30,800 bases of DNA from Thermoplasmatota archaeon (GTDB lineage Archaea; Thermoplasmatota; Penumbrarchaeia; Penumbrarchaeales; Penumbrarchaeaceae), in the NCBI GenBank assembly GCA_029762535.1, contig JARVGK010000038.1, positions 1 to 30,800 of the forward strand, in the 5' to 3' direction. Positions 26,195 through 30,800 of the stretch are shown here, one piece after another. Positions within the stretch are counted from its first letter, which is position 1; each line of letters opens with the position of its first letter. The notes below the pieces were generated by a model. The model did not search any database and was not told the DNA's origin. It saw nothing but the letters and a program-made list of their open reading frames with translations. The translations under genes were made by a program, and so were the position numbers.

Positions 26195-26288
26195 CTTCTC
26201 CTCATTATTCATTCGTCGGATCCTCCATCGTCCATGAACAAATAAATCATGGAGGAACCATTATACGACGATCATTCGGGGCAGATAC

Positions 26289-27599
26289 ATGAAGGGAATG
26301 ACAGCTATCTTTTTCAGCATATGGGTCATCTTTTTATTCTTAGGGATCCCCATCGCGGCCGGGTCCGCCTCAACGGAGGATCGATATGGATCCATACAGA
26401 GCGTCCAGGCGATGCATCAGGGCAGGTTCAACCACACCGCCACCACCCTCAAGGACGGAAGGGTGCTCGTTACCGGCGGGACACCCGACGGCTACGCTTC
26501 GTTGAGAAGCGCCGAGATCTTCGATCCAAAGACAAAGGATTGGGATCGCCTCCCGGACATGCTCGATCCGAGAATGAGGCACACCTCGAACATCCTGCTT
26601 TCCGGGGATGTTCTCATCGCCGGAGGCTATTACGGAGGCGGTCATCCGTCGATCTTCCATTCATACAAAGGCCCGGGGAACCACTCTATCGACGGATGCG
26701 AGATATTCGATCCCTCCACTCTCGATTTCCGGAGGGCGGCCCCCATGATGACCGGGAGGTTCTGGCACAGGGCGGTGGAGCTAAAAGATGGCAGGATCAT
26801 GGTAATCGGCGGATTGAACGTCACCCACTCAGGATTGGGATCCTGCGAGATATTCGATCCTACCAAGGGGACCTGGACGGAAGCGGCCTCCCTGAATGAA
26901 CCGAGGGCGAGGTTCACCGCGACCGTTCTGGCCAACGGATCCGTGATCGTAACGGGGGGCCACAATGGAACCGTGAAGGTCCCGACCTCCACTTGCGAGA
27001 TCTACATCCCCACCGAGGATAGATGGTACAGAATCGCACCCATGAACGATGCCAGGGGATATCATTCGGCTCTATTGCTCGGCGATGGCAGATTGATGGT
27101 ATCCGGAGGTTTCTCGGGTCCGAAAACGCCCGACCACCACAGCAGCGAGATATACGATCCTGTCCTCGGAATATGGACGTTATCAGGACCGATGAGGCTC
27201 GGAAAGCACGCCCACAGCATGATTTTGCTATCCAATGGAGGCATAATATCCCATGGCGGCTCATCGGTCACGGACCTGTCATGCCAGGTCTGCGGATTGG
27301 AATATTACGATACGGTCTCCGGCATCTGGTCCGACACCTACCTGCTAATGCTGGGAAGGGCATGGCCGGCCGAGGCGGATCTCCCGGACGGGGGGCATCT
27401 GATATGCGGTGGATTGTCCTGCAACGAGGCCAAGGACGTTACCGACATATACTATCCCCCCGGACATTTCGTGGCAGCAAAGGGAGATGATGATCGTATC
27501 GATCCGACCTATATGATCATCGGAGCGTTGGTCCTTGTGGCACTGGTCCTGGTCGCTTTGAGGTTCGCCCTGCCAAGGATACTGAGGCCCGCTTCATAG
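26289..27599 (+). CDS. Secreted Kelch-repeat beta-propeller protein with C-terminal membrane anchor
   Basis: Signal peptide; repeated R..H.A..L.DG.V.V.GG...EI(F/Y)DP...W units; C-terminal TM. Confidence 0.9.
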   Translation: MKGMTAIFFSIWVIFLFLGIPIAAGSASTEDRYGSIQSVQAMHQGRFNHTATTLKDGRVLVTGGTPDGYASLRSAEIFDPKTKDWDRLPDMLDPRMRHTSNILLSGDVLIAGGYYGGGHPSIFHSYKGPGNHSIDGCEIFDPSTLDFRRAAPMMTGRFWHRAVELKDGRIMVIGGLNVTHSGLGSCEIFDPTKGTWTEAASLNEPRARFTATVLANGSVIVTGGHNGTVKVPTSTCEIYIPTEDRWYRIAPMNDARGYHSALLLGDGRLMVSGGFSGPKTPDHHSSEIYDPVLGIWTLSGPMRLGKHAHSMILLSNGGIISHGGSSVTDLSCQVCGLEYYDTVSGIWSDTYLLMLGRAWPAEADLPDGGHLICGGLSCNEAKDVTDIYYPPGHFVAAKGDDDRIDPTYMIIGALVLVALVLVALRFALPRILRPAS

Positions 27600-27611
27600 G
27601 CCGTTCTCCCT

Positions 27612-29024
27612 TCACCAGAATTTGATCCCGAAGAAGCGCAGGGCGAAGACCACGCCCATCGCCACAACGACGATCCCGAACACTATCTTGACCCACTTGC
27701 CTATGGATACGAACTTGTCCGTCAGTCCGGCAGAGAAGGATCTGGTCCCGACCGCAAGCGGTATGAATATCAACCCGTGCCCGATCCCGAAGGAGAGGAA
27801 CAATATCCCTCCCATCAACATGGATATGTCCTGGGAAAGGATCCAGACCACGACGGGAAGGACCAAAGATACAGCGCACGGGGCCAGCCCGAACGAGAAC
27901 AGGATCCCGAGAAGGAACGCGCCCAGGGTGGGGGACTTCCAGAACAATTCCCTGATCGATAGGATCGATGTCTGCTTCAGCGATCCCTCGGCATTTCCCT
28001 CGCCGATCCTGAATATCCGCTTCACGTTCTCTTTCATGACATCGTAGAATGAGAACAGGTTGTTCAACCCGAGGATGACCAGTATTGCCCCGGCCCCCAG
28101 GTCGAAATATCTGGCGTTGTTTATGAATATCCCGACCCTCGATATGAATAATCCTATGATGAAGAAGACCAGCGCCATGCCCACGATGAAGGAAAATCCT
28201 ATCGCCAATCCCTCCAAGGAGGATCCTTTGTAAGCCCTTTTCTCAGTCCCTTGTTGTGCCTGTCCCTTGGGCCCGGTGGATACGATGAACGTGAAGACCG
28301 TGAAGAGAAGTGCGATGCAGCATGGGGAAAAGGACGTGATGATCCCCAGAACGAACATGCCCATGACAGAACCACCTCCCATGGACCGCCTCTGGCCCTC
28401 GACCCCCTCCCAGTCGCCGCTCCTTATCCTGTCGGCCTTCTCCACGATCTCATCCGAATCCATGACATCGTAGACCTTCCCCTTTCCCATCTGGTATATG
28501 TGGTATATGCCGACGATGTCCTGCTCCTCGTTTACAAGGAGCAGTGTGGGGTTCGCGCTCTCCGAACCCACGGACCAGTAATCGATATACTTGCCAGATA
28601 TCGTGAAAGGCTCGAAATCCTCGATCCATATCCAGGTGACGTTCACCCCCCACCATCTTTCTGCAAGCTCGTATCCTGGATCCGAAAACGAGTTCTTGCG
28701 CATGTTCACGGTGATTATGATGAGATCCTCATCTTCCCCAAGGGCCTTCTCAAGTTCGACCGTCTGTTCTTTCAGTTCGACCTCGCATTCGAGGCATACG
28801 GGGTTCTCTATATTGGTGAAATGAAGGAGTATGACCGAACCCGAAAGGTTCCTTAGCGATGTTCTGTTTCCATCCGGAAGGACCATCTCGAAATCGGGGG
28901 CCTGTTCTTCGACCTCCCTTATGTCCGACCAGAACATGTACGAGGCGAAACCCAGAAGGAATACTATCAGGACGGCCGAGGTCGCTATCATGACGGCCTT
29001 GCTGGCCTTGACCACCTTCACCAT
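27612..29024 (-). CDS. ccdA: Thioredoxin/TlpA-like domain fused to CcdA/DsbD transmembrane domain
   Basis: APDF, PVCLEC, GIITSFSPCC, GAFLLGILF...APCA. Start moved to 29024 to remove the long overlap with the upstream gene. Confidence 0.85.
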   Translation of the reverse strand: MVKVVKASKAVMIATSAVLIVFLLGFASYMFWSDIREVEEQAPDFEMVLPDGNRTSLRNLSGSVILLHFTNIENPVCLECEVELKEQTVELEKALGEDEDLIIITVNMRKNSFSDPGYELAERWWGVNVTWIWIEDFEPFTISGKYIDYWSVGSESANPTLLLVNEEQDIVGIYHIYQMGKGKVYDVMDSDEIVEKADRIRSGDWEGVEGQRRSMGGGSVMGMFVLGIITSFSPCCIALLFTVFTFIVSTGPKGQAQQGTEKRAYKGSSLEGLAIGFSFIVGMALVFFIIGLFISRVGIFINNARYFDLGAGAILVILGLNNLFSFYDVMKENVKRIFRIGEGNAEGSLKQTSILSIRELFWKSPTLGAFLLGILFSFGLAPCAVSLVLPVVVWILSQDISMLMGGILFLSFGIGHGLIFIPLAVGTRSFSAGLTDKFVSIGKWVKIVFGIVVVAMGVVFALRFFGIKFW

Positions 29025-29785
29025 CCTCCGATGTTCTGTTGATGATAGTATATCGAGTCGCGGATATAGGCGTTCAGCCACTCCCTTCCCGTTGCGCCCT
29101 CGCTCCCGTGCCATGCTATCATGACCTCGCCATCGGCCCCCTTCAAAAGAGTGAATACTATCGTCAGCGGAATGTAATTGGGATCCCCGTTGGGATCGAA
29201 CTCGCGGAAGACCTCCCCGTACCTGGGATCGATGCCCGACATCATGTCCACCAAAGTTATCTGGTCTTTATAATTCGGAAGAACGGCCTTGATGTCCCTC
29301 TCCTGCTCGATGCACGGGGCGCAGTTGTCGCTGTGCGCGAATACGATCACGGGGCCCTTCCTCAGCGGATCTATCAGCCAAGGAGGGTGCATGGGCATCT
29401 CCCCCCATCTGGGGTTCTGCCTCGGATACTCTATCCACCAATCGTTGTTGGAGGATCCCCTCCGGAAAGCAGGGTTGTAGGTTTGCAGCCAGTCCGGATC
29501 GTCATTGATATCCGGGCCCTCATCGTCAGGTGATTGGAGGTACATGTATGCCGCTCCGGCGATCAGGAGGATGATGACCACGATGACGGCCACGAAGGGG
29601 ATCGTCCTGGATACGGACCTCTCAGTGTTCGTGGGCAACGGGGCGCTGCCCTTGTGTACGCTCTGCATGTGCTTGCGAAGGTTCCTATCTTTTAGCTTCA
29701 CACCGCAAACCTTGCATACGGCCCAACCCTCCTCAAGGTCCTGCTCAACAGAAGCTTCCTTCTTCTTCCTGGTCCCGTGCTGCAT
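29018..29785 (-). CDS. C2H2 zinc finger - TM - thioredoxin-like (CAPC) protein
   Basis: CKVC...HMQSVH, a TM helix, GPVIVFAHSDNCAPC, YIPLTI. Confidence 0.8.
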   Translation of the reverse strand: MQHGTRKKKEASVEQDLEEGWAVCKVCGVKLKDRNLRKHMQSVHKGSAPLPTNTERSVSRTIPFVAVIVVIILLIAGAAYMYLQSPDDEGPDINDDPDWLQTYNPAFRRGSSNNDWWIEYPRQNPRWGEMPMHPPWLIDPLRKGPVIVFAHSDNCAPCIEQERDIKAVLPNYKDQITLVDMMSGIDPRYGEVFREFDPNGDPNYIPLTIVFTLLKGADGEVMIAWHGSEGATGREWLNAYIRDSIYYHQQNIGGW

Positions 29786-29826
29786 GATATTCCCCGGAAG
29801 ATACTATGTGCCCCATAACCTGGGCG

Positions 29827-30057
29827 TCATTTAAGCATTCTCTTGATCTCATCGGGAGATAGTACCTTCCCAACGGACTTCACAACGCCGTTGACAGAGA
29901 GCGCCGGGGTCATCATGACCCCTCGGTTGGCGATCTCCACGATGTCCTCCACCTTCTTCACCTCGGCCTTGATCCCCAGCTCCTTGACCGCCTGCTGGAC
30001 GTTCTTCTCGAGCCTCTTGCATTTGGCGCATCCGGATCCCATTATCTCTATCTTCAT
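29827..30057 (-). CDS. Small redox-active disulfide protein (MTH895 / Thioredoxin_3 family)
   Basis: MKIEIMGSGCAKC, GVMMTPAL.VNG, GKV; GGTGA SD before ATG 30057. Confidence 0.92.
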   Translation of the reverse strand: MKIEIMGSGCAKCKRLEKNVQQAVKELGIKAEVKKVEDIVEIANRGVMMTPALSVNGVVKSVGKVLSPDEIKRMLK

Positions 30058-30393
30058 GTTCTTCACCTTCGTTATTTGCGCAGCCCTCTGGACCGCTTCC
30101 ATTTCAAATATTTTTGAAGGACATCCGATGCATACGATAAATCCTTTTTGGTTCAGATGAGGTATCGATCCCGAAAGGGGGGGATCCGCGGGATAAGAAG
30201 CTTCATCATGTCCTGAACACCTTCATCCTGGACCTGTTCCACGATGCAAAGGATAGCAGAGGATACCTGATCTTCACGACACACAACAAGAACATTCTCT
30301 ATCGGAATATCTTCAAGAGGGATCCAGGATACGATCCCACATGTATTTTTCAACCGGCACTTCTATCTAAAATTAGACCGGAATCTACAATCA

Positions 30394-30800
30394 CTACTCC
30401 GCGGGCTCTACCTCGATCACACCCACAATGCGGTCATCTTGACGGCCGATCACATCGCCCGGAAGATCGAACGCTTCAAACGGATCCTCCTGCTCATACT
30501 CGATAGGTGGGATCGATCGTTCCGGGTCATCGAATACGGTATCGTTCCGTTCCGGAAAACTATCATCCAACAATGGTGATCCACCGAATATATCCTCCAT
30601 GGACCTATCCTCCGGCAGATCATCGTATTCGGGTTTTTTCTTTTTTCTCAAGAACATCAGAAGAAGAACGGCCAATAACACAATTATGACAAGTGCAATG
30701 GATACAAGAGAGATAAGGACCCAAGGGATATCGTTATCCGGATCAATGGGAGGGAATTCTTCGATGTTCCTTATTATGGTGATATTGTTCCAGAATTCAT
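30394..30800 (-). CDS. C-terminal part of a membrane-anchored surface protein (continues beyond the window)
   Basis: Frame is open to the window edge: ...PPIDPDNDIPWVLISLVSIALVIIVLLAVLLLMFLRKKKK followed by an acidic tail. Confidence 0.8.
   Translation of the reverse strand, partial: EFWNNITIIRNIEEFPPIDPDNDIPWVLISLVSIALVIIVLLAVLLLMFLRKKKKPEYDDLPEDRSMEDIFGGSPLLDDSFPERNDTVFDDPERSIPPIEYEQEDPFEAFDLPGDVIGRQDDRIVGVIEVEPAE

Noticed and set aside
25891-26292. 133-aa ORF starting inside the tRNA
   Set aside because: It overlaps the tRNA and att-like repeats and shows no coding features.
30153-30353. 66-aa ORF upstream of the thioredoxin
   Set aside because: No recognisable motif; cannot be supported as a gene or relic from sequence alone.

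Overview
Archaeal window, probably Thermoplasmatota-like (inferred from GGTGA/GGAGG Shine-Dalgarno sites, TATA-type promoters, the archaeal ASA/DKFP route to dehydroquinate, GHMP-type shikimate kinase and a tRNA lacking encoded CCA). Bases 1-8.5 kb form a decayed variable region: a frameshifting IS630 element that truncated a NosD/beta-helix gene, an orphan AbrB gene, a radical SAM gene, an AAA ATPase flanked by 85-bp direct repeats, a PPP phosphatase, a NimA-like protein, and the remains of a type I R-M operon (internally deleted hsdM, intact ORF6N gene, decayed hsdS). Bases 8.5-24.6 kb hold the most interesting block. It encodes aspartate kinase, ASA dehydrogenase, the archaeal shikimate enzymes up to shikimate kinase and a divergent chorismate synthase, but no EPSP synthase. 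A UbiA prenyltransferase, a PaaK-like adenylating enzyme and a membrane protein lie in the same apparent operon. A divergent module of two paralogous double-anchored surface proteins, a small membrane peptide and a NapH-like polyferredoxin sits inside the block. This is a candidate undescribed pathway for a prenylated aromatic product. Bases 24.8-30.8 kb contain L-threonine dehydrogenase, tRNA-Val(TAC) followed by repeats of its own 3' end, a Kelch surface protein, a thioredoxin/CcdA module and the 3' end of a surface protein. All assignments come from motifs recognised by eye; no searches were run.
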